Origin: a virus | Lineage: Duplodnaviria > Caudoviricetes | IMG/VR virus record: IMGVR_UViG_3300037327_000007 | Location: 1 to 34,718 of that record | Direction: 5' to 3' (one strand) | DNA: 34,718 nucleotides | Shown here: positions 8,970 through 17,409 of the stretch, in pieces | Numbering within the stretch: position 1 is the stretch's first letter | Layout of the letters: every line of letters begins with the position of its first letter | Notes under the pieces: model-generated | What the model was told of the DNA's origin: nothing | Seen by the model: the letters and a program-made list of their open reading frames with translations, nothing else | Databases searched by the model: none | Position numbers and translations under genes: made by a program

Positions 8970-8981
8970 CGGAACTATATC

Positions 8982-9905
8982 ATGGCAGCACCTACAAGCA
9001 CATTCCTTTCGACCGCCGCAATCGGCAACCGTGAGGACTTGACAGACCTTATCTTCCGAATTTCCCCGACCACGACACCGCTTTTGAGTATGTCTTCTAA
9101 GTCAAAAGCGACTAACACATTGCACGAGTGGCAAACCCAAGAGTTGGCTGTCGCGGTTAACAACGCGCAGGCTGAGGGCGACAACGCAACTGCTAAAACC
9201 GTGACACCAACGGTTCGTTTGAACAACCGTACTCAAATCTCCACTAAAACGGTTATCGTGTCTGGCACGCAGCAGGCCATGAACCCGGCCGGTCGTAAAG
9301 ATGAGATGGCATATCAACTGTCTATGGCCTCGCTTGAACTCAAGCGTGACATGGAAACAGCGCTCACACAAAATGCTGTTACTGCTGCTGCCCCGCGCCA
9401 GTCGCGCGGCTTGGTAGGCTGGATTGTTGATAACGTTAATACTGGCGCAGGCTACGTTGCCGCTAACTACATCAACAACACAGCGCAGACTGACGGCACA
9501 CCGCGTGCATTTACTGAGGCACAACTAAAAGACGTGCTACAGAAAATATACACAAATGGCGGCGAGCCGGATACTATCATGGTCGGCCCTTCGCAGAAGC
9601 AAACTTTCTCAACTTTTAGCGGTAACTCTACACGTTTTGACAAAGGCGAAGATGCTAAGTTGTTTGCAGCCATTGACGTTTACGTCTCTGACTTCAACAC
9701 CTTGACAGTCGTGCCTAACCGCTTCCAGCGCACTCGTGACGCGTTCGTAGTTCAGTCTGACCGTATCTGTGTTTCATATCTGCGCCCATTCAGCACCATC
9801 GAGTTGGCAATGACAGGCGACTCTATGCAGCGTGAGCTGGTGGTTGAGTACACGCTAGAGATGCGCAATCCAAAATCCGCTGGCGCTATTTACGACTTGC
9901 TGTAA
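8982..9905 (+). CDS. major capsid protein (DUF5309-like, HK97 fold)
   Basis: GNREDL.D.I..ISP..TP, HEWQT, N.TQI..K, ELKRDME and Y.SDF motifs; follows the scaffold gene. Confidence 0.92.
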   Translation: MAAPTSTFLSTAAIGNREDLTDLIFRISPTTTPLLSMSSKSKATNTLHEWQTQELAVAVNNAQAEGDNATAKTVTPTVRLNNRTQISTKTVIVSGTQQAMNPAGRKDEMAYQLSMASLELKRDMETALTQNAVTAAAPRQSRGLVGWIVDNVNTGAGYVAANYINNTAQTDGTPRAFTEAQLKDVLQKIYTNGGEPDTIMVGPSQKQTFSTFSGNSTRFDKGEDAKLFAAIDVYVSDFNTLTVVPNRFQRTRDAFVVQSDRICVSYLRPFSTIELAMTGDSMQRELVVEYTLEMRNPKSAGAIYDLL

Positions 9906-9951
9906 TCGGCAATTGACTAGCGTGTTTTATCTCTTGTAAAATAGAGACAAT

Positions 9952-9976
9952 GGGGGTGCAAAGCCCCCTTCTTTTT
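9952..9976 (+). terminator. rho-independent terminator after the major capsid gene
   Basis: GGGGG-TGCAAAG-CCCCC followed by TTCTTTTT. Confidence 0.7.
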
Positions 9977-9985
9977 AACTCTTAA

Positions 9986-9997
9986 CGCTGAGAAGCG
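9986..9997 (+). promoter_or_regulatory. GNRA-tetraloop hairpin motif 3 (CGCT-GAGA-AGCG)
   Basis: compensatory stem changes relative to motifs 1 and 2; followed by CCGGAGG RBS. Confidence 0.5.
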
Positions 9998-10011
9998 CCG
10001 GAGGTTTTTGT

Positions 10012-10314
10012 ATGGACGGTGGATACATCACGGCGACAGTAACTGGCATAAAAATTGCTACGTCTGCTGTTTCTTCAAATCAAGTGTTGCCCAATATGTC
10101 GAGCGGTGAAAAACCCCGCTTTATTCGTATTGCAGCGACACAGCCAGCTTGCATCCGAATTGGCGCAGGCACACAAACCGCAGTTACTACAGACTTGCAA
10201 GTCCAGCCTGGCGATGCTGTAATTCTTCAAGTACCAACTGGCGTTACTAATATTGCTGCTGTCCAAGTGACTACTGCTGGCATTGTGCAGGTCAGCCCGC
10301 TGGAAAACATGTGA
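10012..10314 (+). CDS. small beta-rich putative head decoration/structural protein
   Basis: GGAGG RBS; Thr/Val/Ala-rich; follows the capsid gene. Confidence 0.7.
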   Translation: MDGGYITATVTGIKIATSAVSSNQVLPNMSSGEKPRFIRIAATQPACIRIGAGTQTAVTTDLQVQPGDAVILQVPTGVTNIAAVQVTTAGIVQVSPLENM

Positions 10315-10604
10315 TGAGTGATTTAAAGCTTAATGTTCACCGCGAAGACGGACATACGATTTTTCAATCGGTGCAAGACTGTACACCCGTCTTGGAGCGT
10401 GCTCAGATGCTGCATAAGTCAGGCCAGCACGGTAGCAAGGATGTTAAGCACGCAGCGCACTTGCCAGCTATTTTGGTTGAGAAATATTGCAACGACAAGG
10501 GCATTACCTTTGCTGAGTTTTTAAACCGCAAAGAAGGTCACGTCCGGGCAATGCTTAACGACAAGTCGCTTGAAGGCTTTAGAGTCTGGAAAGGCGCTGT
10601 ATAA
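10311..10604 (+). CDS. conserved hypothetical head-region protein
   Basis: coupled ORF; Q.C.P.LE...H.A..P...VE.Y...LND.....FR.W.G pattern. Confidence 0.75.
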   Translation: MMSDLKLNVHREDGHTIFQSVQDCTPVLERAQMLHKSGQHGSKDVKHAAHLPAILVEKYCNDKGITFAEFLNRKEGHVRAMLNDKSLEGFRVWKGAV

Positions 10605-11219
10605 ATGGCTCTCGCTAACTACTCTGATTTAGTTGCATCAGTAGGCGCTTGGCTGCACCGCGACGACTTGGCCGCGAATATCCCTGACTTCATTGCGTTA
10701 GCTGAAGCGCGTATATCACGCGACTTGCGTATTCGTAAACAGATTGTCACAACTACGCTTACCGCAATACCGGGTAATCAGTATCTTGCTTTGCCAGCAG
10801 ACTGGATAGAGCTTGAGAACTTATCGGTGCAAGGCTCACCAACAACTAATTTGAGTTATGTCACTGTAGAGCAGCTTAACGTTAACTACCCAGACAAAGG
10901 CTTTGTTGGCAAACCTAGTTTGTACACCATCGAAGGTGACAACTTAATCTTAGGTGCAACACCAGACAGTACGTACCCTATTATCTTGACTTATTACGCC
11001 AAGTTCCCAGCCTTGGCTACTGCGTCAACCAATGCGTTAATGACGCTTGCGCCAAGTATTTACCTATTTGCTGCATTGTCAGAGGCCGCTCCATTTATAT
11101 CTGATGACGTAAGGGTTCAGTTGTGGGACACAAAATATCGCGCTGACATGAACGCGTTACAAGCGCAAGACGACAAAGCAACGCATAGCGGCTCTATGCT
11201 ACGCGTTAAAATAATTTAA
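10605..11219 (+). CDS. head-tail adaptor (P22 gp4 / tail tubular protein A-like)
   Basis: YSDL...V..WL.R.DL...IPDFI.LAE.RI.R.LR and YLF.AL.EA.PF..DD.R...W motifs. Confidence 0.8.
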   Translation: MALANYSDLVASVGAWLHRDDLAANIPDFIALAEARISRDLRIRKQIVTTTLTAIPGNQYLALPADWIELENLSVQGSPTTNLSYVTVEQLNVNYPDKGFVGKPSLYTIEGDNLILGATPDSTYPIILTYYAKFPALATASTNALMTLAPSIYLFAALSEAAPFISDDVRVQLWDTKYRADMNALQAQDDKATHSGSMLRVKII

Positions 11220-11228
11220 AGGACAAGC

Positions 11229-11927
11229 ATGTCTCTAGAATCAGGCACGTTTATTAGTGACTTAGTTGTCACGAACCCACTAAACACCGATCAAAAAGCG
11301 CAGGGCGCGGGTCACTTGCGTTTGCTTAAATCAACGGTAAAAGCGACGTTTCCCGCTATTACAGGCGCAGTTAGTGCTACGCACACTGAACTTAACTTTG
11401 TGGCTGGCGTTACCTCGTCTATCCAAACGCAGCTAGCAAATGAGATTGCGCGAGCAGCACCTTTGATTTCTCCTTCCCTTACTGGTATTCCTACCGCGCC
11501 AACAGCAACGGCAGGAACTAACACAACGCAACTGGCAACTACAGCATTTAACGCGGCAGCGGTGCTGGTTGAAACTAACCGGGCAACGGCAGCGGAAGCA
11601 CTAAAAGCTAACATTGCTTCACCCACCTTTACGGGCACGGTAAATATACCAACTGGCGCAGTTATAGCGGATTACGCTTTACTTGCTTCTCCTGCGTTTA
11701 CAGGCGTTCCCACAGCCCCTACGGCTTCTGTCGGCGTTAGTACTACACAGATAGCCTCAACGGCTTTTGTAAGCGCTACGGCCTTCCAAACAGCCTTACC
11801 GGGGCAAGCTGGCAATGCCGGTAAGTTTCTTACCACGGATGGTACGAATGCAAGCTTTGTTGCACTTGTAATACCGGCAGCGACCGGTTCTACTTTATTT
11901 CTAGCCTCTAACTTTGGAGCATTTTAA
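11229..11927 (+). CDS. tail fibre-like protein
   Basis: two SP.(L/F)TG.PTAPTA..G..TTQ(L/I)A.TAF fibre repeats plus a partial copy; GKFLTTDG motif. Confidence 0.75.
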   Translation: MSLESGTFISDLVVTNPLNTDQKAQGAGHLRLLKSTVKATFPAITGAVSATHTELNFVAGVTSSIQTQLANEIARAAPLISPSLTGIPTAPTATAGTNTTQLATTAFNAAAVLVETNRATAAEALKANIASPTFTGTVNIPTGAVIADYALLASPAFTGVPTAPTASVGVSTTQIASTAFVSATAFQTALPGQAGNAGKFLTTDGTNASFVALVIPAATGSTLFLASNFGAF

Positions 11928-12374
11928 ATGGCAGCAAACACCGCGCCCATATTTCCGCTAGTACCTTTCGCGTCACTGGCTAACTTTTCAAATCAAACAT
12001 CTTGCACTACGAGAGGCCCTACGGCTACAGCCAATCTCGCAGCGGCTAATATTGTCGTTCTTGTCGCGCCGGGTTCAACAAATGGGCGCAAGATTGACTC
12101 AATTCGCATTCAATCGGCCAGCACTTCTGTGACTGCTCCTACCGCAAGCCAGATAGTTACTGTGTGGTATTTCGACGGCACGCTGGCATATCCTTTTGCG
12201 GACATTCAAGTTGATCTAATCACGCCTTCTACAACATCGGCAGGCTTTAACCGCTTGACTCAGTTTACGGATTTAGTGCTACCCACTGCGCACGGCTTGT
12301 ACGTGTCTACCACAATCACAACGACAGCCGCTACTACAGCGCTAGTCATCAAAGCAACCGGAGGTGACTTCTAA
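11928..12374 (+). CDS. putative tail-associated structural protein
   Basis: MAANTAPIF start, GGDF end; Thr/Ala-rich; coupled to both neighbours. Confidence 0.7.
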   Translation: MAANTAPIFPLVPFASLANFSNQTSCTTRGPTATANLAAANIVVLVAPGSTNGRKIDSIRIQSASTSVTAPTASQIVTVWYFDGTLAYPFADIQVDLITPSTTSAGFNRLTQFTDLVLPTAHGLYVSTTITTTAATTALVIKATGGDF

Positions 12375-13477
12375 TGACCGCTTTTAACTATGGTGCAGAT
12401 GCACCAGCTAACAAGGGTACTTACGGATTTCCTTTGCCGCCTAATGCTGCGACGAGAGTTCAACCTTCGGAGTGGAGAGTAGGCCGTTTAATAACGGATA
12501 CAACCAGCGGGGTTATCGTCCCCCAAAACGTGTATCAAATTGGTGTTGCGGTTTGCGGCGGCGGCGGCGGCGGTGCTGGTGGCAGCGTCAGCGGCAGCGG
12601 CGGCGGCGGCGGCGGGTTCGCTTATGGAATTATTGACGTTATCCCCGGGCAAATACTTCCTACTATAACAATCGGCGCTGGTGGTGTGGCAAACGTAACA
12701 GGACAAGCCGGAACATCGTCTTTTGGAGCATTGCTAAGTGGCACAGGTGGGTTTTCAACAGCAAATAGTACAGCCTCAAACGCTGGTGGTGTTGGCAGTG
12801 CAGCCAACGGGGGCCGTGGTGTTTTTACGGCATCGGGCGGCGCTGCGGCGGGATTCGCTTTTTGCGGCGGCGGCGGTGGCGGATCCATGTACGGCACTGG
12901 TGGTTCTCAAAACAGTACTAATAGCGGCGGCGGCGGCGCTGGGCCTAATGCTATCGGTAGCAGCACCGCTGGCAGAGGCGGTAACGGTTCGTGCGGCGGC
13001 GGGGGCGGCGGCAGCTTTGGCGGCGGCGGCACCTCAGGTAATGGTTCCGGCAGTAATGGAGGGCCCGGCATATTTGGTATAGGTGGTACAAACACCAGTA
13101 GTTCGACTTTTGTATACAGCGCTACAAGCGGCCCGGCATATAAAGACGCAATTATTCGATTTATTGAAAAAACATTAGATGGCGGCGGTGGTGGCGGCAG
13201 CAGCGGCAGCTTCGGCGGCAGCGGCGGTTTAGGCGGCGGTGGTGGCGGCGCTCCTGGCAGCGGCGGCCCCGGCGGCTCCGGTGGCTTAGGTGGCGGGGGT
13301 GGCGGCGGCGGCGGCCCCGGCGGCTCCGGTGGCTTAGGTGGCGGGGGTGGCGGCGGCGGGACTTTCGGCGGAGCTGGTGGATTAGGCGGCGGCGGCGGCG
13401 GGGGCGGCGGCGGCGGCGGCGGCGGCGGCGCTGGCGGCGGTGGCTACTGCATCCTAGTTTGGACTGAAGGCTATTAA
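12374..13477 (+). CDS. glycine-rich putative adhesin/tail protein (polyglycine-II type)
   Basis: many GGGGG runs separated by short loops; ends GGGYCILVW. Confidence 0.75.
   Translation: MTAFNYGADAPANKGTYGFPLPPNAATRVQPSEWRVGRLITDTTSGVIVPQNVYQIGVAVCGGGGGGAGGSVSGSGGGGGGFAYGIIDVIPGQILPTITIGAGGVANVTGQAGTSSFGALLSGTGGFSTANSTASNAGGVGSAANGGRGVFTASGGAAAGFAFCGGGGGGSMYGTGGSQNSTNSGGGGAGPNAIGSSTAGRGGNGSCGGGGGGSFGGGGTSGNGSGSNGGPGIFGIGGTNTSSSTFVYSATSGPAYKDAIIRFIEKTLDGGGGGGSSGSFGGSGGLGGGGGGAPGSGGPGGSGGLGGGGGGGGGPGGSGGLGGGGGGGGTFGGAGGLGGGGGGGGGGGGGGGAGGGGYCILVWTEGY
13261..13359 (+). repeat. tandem duplication of a 48-bp unit, with (GGC)n tracts nearby, inside the Gly-rich gene
   Basis: cggcggccccggcggctccggtggcttaggtggcgggggtggcggcgg occurs at 13261 and 13309. 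Confidence 0.85.
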
Positions 13478-13479
13478 TT

Positions 13480-13941
13480 ATGAAATACGCCCGCATAGTT
13501 AACAGCACTGCGGTAGATACCCGCAGCGATTCGCCGTTAGGTTTTTACACCGAAAACATTGCCAATGAGTTTGTCGTAGTACCCGATGAGGTGCTTGACG
13601 GCTGGTCTAATGCAAGCGGCGCATGGCTAGCCCCAGTACCGCCACCAGAGCCAACAGTAGAGGAAATAGCAGCGCGTGAGGCGGCAGCAGCAGAATCGGC
13701 ACGGCTAGCAGCAGTACCGCGAGAGATAAGCCCTCGCCAAATACGGCAAGCACTTACCGCATTGGGATTGCGCGATCAAGTTGAAAGCGCAGTAGCTGCA
13801 AGTTCAACAGACATAAAAGACTGGTGGGAATTTTCTACTAGCGTTGAGCGCGATAATGAGCACGTCATAGGTATGGCTGCTAAGCTTGGCGTTACTGATC
13901 GACAGCTTGACGACTTATTCACTTTAGCCGGAACCCTTTAA
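13480..13941 (+). CDS. putative tail fibre assembly/chaperone-like protein
   Basis: follows the Gly-rich gene; ISPRQ.R.AL...GL...V...W.....R....LG.T..QLD.LF pattern. Confidence 0.65.
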   Translation: MKYARIVNSTAVDTRSDSPLGFYTENIANEFVVVPDEVLDGWSNASGAWLAPVPPPEPTVEEIAAREAAAAESARLAAVPREISPRQIRQALTALGLRDQVESAVAASSTDIKDWWEFSTSVERDNEHVIGMAAKLGVTDRQLDDLFTLAGTL

Positions 13942-15707
13942 TGCTCTCAACAATTCAAAAGTGCGGTAATGGCGTTAATAAAGATTTACTGCCTTCTGAA
14001 TTACTGCCGGGCCAATGGAGTGATGCGCTTAATATTCGCTTTCGTAATGACTTTGCGGAAAAGTTTAAAGGCATAAAGGCGGCTTATGCAGTGCCAGCAG
14101 TCGTTCCTTACTATATTGATTTATACACGGCCAATAGTTCGCGCTTTATTATTGAAGCGAGCACGGCTAAAGTATTTTGTGATGACGGTGTAACGGCTAC
14201 CGATATTACGCGTTTTGGTGAAGGCTTACCGATAAACTCAATAACCTTTGCTACGACTACGGCAACGCTCACAACGGGCAGGCCGCACGGTTTGACAACT
14301 GGCGCAACGGTGATTGTTTACTTAGCCTTTCCAGCCGTCTACAACGGTACTTTCGTCATTACAGTTACCAGCACAACAGCATTCACTTACGCGCTGCCTA
14401 GCACGCCTGCAAGCGTTGCTACCACCCTTGGAGCATACTCAACCAACATTAATAGCGACTTTACCGGCGCTATAGATGATCGATGGACAGGCGGTGCGCT
14501 TAATGGGGTATTAATATTAAACAGCCCTACAGATGGTCTTCACTTTTGGTCTGGAACACCAGCGGATAAAGTTCGCAAAGTGCCAACTTCTACCAACATT
14601 GCCGACTCTGCGAGAATGTTTAAGAATTACATTGTCTCGCTTGGCACTACCGTATCTGGTGTCAAACGGCCTCACAATGTTGCTTGGTCAAGTGCGGCAG
14701 AGCCTGGCTCTATTCCTTCGTCGTTTACGTCCAATTTGGCTAACGATGCGGGTAATCAAGACTTGGCTGAAACCACTGGGGAGATGGTTGATAGCTTAAC
14801 GCTAGGTGACGTTAATATTATTTACAAGTCAGACGCACGCTATGCCATGCAGTATATCGGCGGAAACTTTGTTTTTAGGTTCCAGCGCTTACCCGGAAAC
14901 GATGGCTTGCTAGCCCGTGGTTGTGTAGTTAATACACCTAAGGGGCACGTATTCCTAACCAATGGTGATGTCAAGATTCACAACGGCGGCGAGGCAAATA
15001 GCATATGTGACGGAAGAATCCGCAAATGGCTTTTTTCAACAATGGACAGCAATTTCGCACAAAGAAGTTTTTTAGCTTTAAATCCCCAAAAGAAAGAAGT
15101 TTGGGTAGTATTTCCTAGCTTTGCTCAAACAACATGCGACACAGCCGCTGTTTGGAATTGGGAAACGGACACTTGGGGCATTAGATCATTAAGTAATGTT
15201 ACTTATGCCGCGGCAGGCTTAATATCTGGAAACCTTGTTTTAGATACTTGGGTTTCAGATACTGACTCTTGGAATACTGACGCGTCTGCTTGGTTTGAGA
15301 ATGAATTCTCTCAAAATGAATCTAGAATGGTTATTTCAACGTCCACGCCTAGAATCGGATTAGTCGATACTGGTACGCTAGATTTTGGTGTAGCTTTTAG
15401 CTGGCTGTTAGAAAAACGCGGTATCCAGCTTGATGACTCGGATTCCGTTAAAACCCTATCTGCAAGCCGTCCACAATTTAGCGCATTACCCGGGACTGTT
15501 GTTTCAGTCTTTCACGGCTCTGCGCAAACTACTGACGGCACGCCTAACTATGCGCAGCCTGTAACTTACACTATTGGCACGTCCAATATGGCTAACAGGT
15601 TTGCAAGCGGTGGCCGCTACATGGCTTACAAGCTAACTAGCAGTGACCCGCAGCCGGTGACAATCCGCTCCTACGACTTAGATTACACAAAGCAAGGCAG
15701 ATTTTGA
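13941..15707 (+). CDS. tail nozzle / DNA stabilization protein (P22 gp10 / tail tubular B-like) with an inserted beta domain
   Basis: 588 aa; W....N.RF near the N-terminus, V.WS, IIYK, EVW..FP and YNW-like propeller motifs; position after the adaptor and fibre genes. Confidence 0.75.
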   Translation: MLSTIQKCGNGVNKDLLPSELLPGQWSDALNIRFRNDFAEKFKGIKAAYAVPAVVPYYIDLYTANSSRFIIEASTAKVFCDDGVTATDITRFGEGLPINSITFATTTATLTTGRPHGLTTGATVIVYLAFPAVYNGTFVITVTSTTAFTYALPSTPASVATTLGAYSTNINSDFTGAIDDRWTGGALNGVLILNSPTDGLHFWSGTPADKVRKVPTSTNIADSARMFKNYIVSLGTTVSGVKRPHNVAWSSAAEPGSIPSSFTSNLANDAGNQDLAETTGEMVDSLTLGDVNIIYKSDARYAMQYIGGNFVFRFQRLPGNDGLLARGCVVNTPKGHVFLTNGDVKIHNGGEANSICDGRIRKWLFSTMDSNFAQRSFLALNPQKKEVWVVFPSFAQTTCDTAAVWNWETDTWGIRSLSNVTYAAAGLISGNLVLDTWVSDTDSWNTDASAWFENEFSQNESRMVISTSTPRIGLVDTGTLDFGVAFSWLLEKRGIQLDDSDSVKTLSASRPQFSALPGTVVSVFHGSAQTTDGTPNYAQPVTYTIGTSNMANRFASGGRYMAYKLTSSDPQPVTIRSYDLDYTKQGRF

Positions 15708-15955
15708 GTACCTACCAACCCGGCTACGTGCCAGACGATACGTCCATGATGGCCAACTTCTTGCGCCAAGAACTTATCGGTATCAAGCAAGCGTTAGAGA
15801 CAGGCTCCGATGCGCTTTACTTAACAACTATATATGCCAGCCCCGTAAAAGTCAGGGAGGGCATGTTAATACTCGCAGACGGTACGCAATTTAATCCGGG
15901 CTCTGGCGGCGGTGTTTATGTATACCGCGCTGGTGCATTCAGGTTTCTAGGATGA
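15704..15955 (+). CDS. small virion-region protein
   Basis: TTG start overlapping the upstream stop; P.K.REGM..ADGT..NPGSG.G.Y.Y pattern. Confidence 0.7.
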   Translation: MSTYQPGYVPDDTSMMANFLRQELIGIKQALETGSDALYLTTIYASPVKVREGMLILADGTQFNPGSGGGVYVYRAGAFRFLG

Positions 15956-16782
15956 CAGAATTAAAACCAAAAGACAAAGTAATGCACTTGCAAGAAATGT
16001 TAAATAAAGTTCCGCAAGTTGATTGCCCTATAAAACATTATTTTGCACCTGGGGTATTTGCGCGTGAAATAACAATCCCAAAAGGCACTTGTTTAATTGG
16101 TGCTGTGCACAAAACAGATAACTTAGCAATACTGTCCAGCGGTCGCTTGCTGATTGTTGTAGATACTGGGACAATGGAGATGTCAGCCCCTTACGTTATA
16201 AATGTCAAAGCGGGACAAAAAAATGCAGCAGTGGCTTTAGAAACCTCGACTTGGACTAACTTCTTCCCTAACCCGGAAAATGAAACTGATATTGACGTTT
16301 TTATAGAACGTTTTACTGAATCAAAAGCCAGCGAGTTAATAGGTGGCGCAGACAATAAACAACTTAAAAGTAATCATATAACTAACGACCGAGAAGATTA
16401 CAAGCTTTTTTTGTCTGAATATGGTTTGTCAGAACCTATAGTTTTATTGCTTGTGCATAACGATAACGACCTTATAAACATTAATTTACCTAAAGTTGAA
16501 AAGTTTGACTCTTTAATTGAGGGTAAAGGTCTGAGAGCTTTAGCGGATATTAAAAATGGTGAATCAATAGGGCTTGCGAGATTATCAGGAAACCGCACGC
16601 AATTAGGTAGATTTTTAAACCATTCGGTAGAGCCCAATGTAAAATTCACATTATGCGAAAATAACGATTTAATGGCTTATTCAATTAAAGATATAAAACA
16701 TGGTGAAGAATTAACAAATTGTTACAGACAGGCCATGAGCGTAAACAACGCTGGCTTTTCTCCTTTGAAAGGTAAATTATGA
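15952..16782 (+). CDS. cupin-like domain fused to a C-terminal SET-domain protein-lysine methyltransferase
   Basis: N-terminal HYFAPGVFAREITIPKG...G.VHK cupin-like pattern; C-terminal SET motifs S.IEGKGL.A, RFLNHS..PN and I..GEELT..Y. Confidence 0.8.
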   Translation: MTELKPKDKVMHLQEMLNKVPQVDCPIKHYFAPGVFAREITIPKGTCLIGAVHKTDNLAILSSGRLLIVVDTGTMEMSAPYVINVKAGQKNAAVALETSTWTNFFPNPENETDIDVFIERFTESKASELIGGADNKQLKSNHITNDREDYKLFLSEYGLSEPIVLLLVHNDNDLININLPKVEKFDSLIEGKGLRALADIKNGESIGLARLSGNRTQLGRFLNHSVEPNVKFTLCENNDLMAYSIKDIKHGEELTNCYRQAMSVNNAGFSPLKGKL

Positions 16783-17399
16783 GCGCAGGATTATCAGCAG
16801 GTGCAATCGGTCTAATCGGTGCAGTAGCCCCCTCAGTCGTAGGCGGTATTTTAGGCGGCCAGTCTTCGGGTAATACCCAGACGTCACAGCAGTCGTTAGA
16901 CCCGCGTATGCAGGAAATACTGTACGGCAGCGGTGCAGATAAGGGCTTGCTCGGCGATGCTAACGCATTGCGTAAGCAGCAGTTAGCGCAAGGCGGTTTA
17001 AACGACACACAACGCGCCGGTCTTGAGATGCAGCGCCAAACACTTATGTCTCCACAGTACACGCAAGGCTATGACCAAATGCGTAATGCAGGCAGCCAAT
17101 TGCTTGGCGCTGGTGTAGCAGGCAATCCATTTAATAACGGCGGCAATGGCTCTATTGGCATGGGCAGTATGCCAAACAATCAAGCTGTTCGAAGCCAGCA
17201 AATGCCATTTATGCCAGCTTTTAGATACGATCAAAACTCAGCTATGCAGGGCGCTAATAACCCGATGGCTAAGCCTGAAGCGGTTACTCAGCCTATGGAG
17301 CAAGCAAATGAGCAAACCCCGTTGCAGCAATATATTGCTGATTTAGAGCGACAGCAAGCTATGCAAATGGCGGAAGCTAATCGCGGCACATCTTCTTAA
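16779..17399 (+). CDS. putative DNA ejection/pilot protein 1
   Basis: hydrophobic Gly/Ala-rich N-terminus then Gln/Met-rich body; position matches P22 gp7-like genes. Confidence 0.6.
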   Translation: MSAGLSAGAIGLIGAVAPSVVGGILGGQSSGNTQTSQQSLDPRMQEILYGSGADKGLLGDANALRKQQLAQGGLNDTQRAGLEMQRQTLMSPQYTQGYDQMRNAGSQLLGAGVAGNPFNNGGNGSIGMGSMPNNQAVRSQQMPFMPAFRYDQNSAMQGANNPMAKPEAVTQPMEQANEQTPLQQYIADLERQQAMQMAEANRGTSS

Positions 17400-17409
17400 A
17401 GGTAAAAAA

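Noticed and set aside
13161-13508. Arg-rich and Pro-rich antisense ORFs (also 12622-12897 and 12907-13095)
   Set aside because: Shadows of the (GGC)n codons in the Gly-rich gene.
11229-13941. Diversity-generating retroelement or invertible tail-fibre system
   Set aside because: No reverse transcriptase, invertase or template/variable repeat pair was seen.
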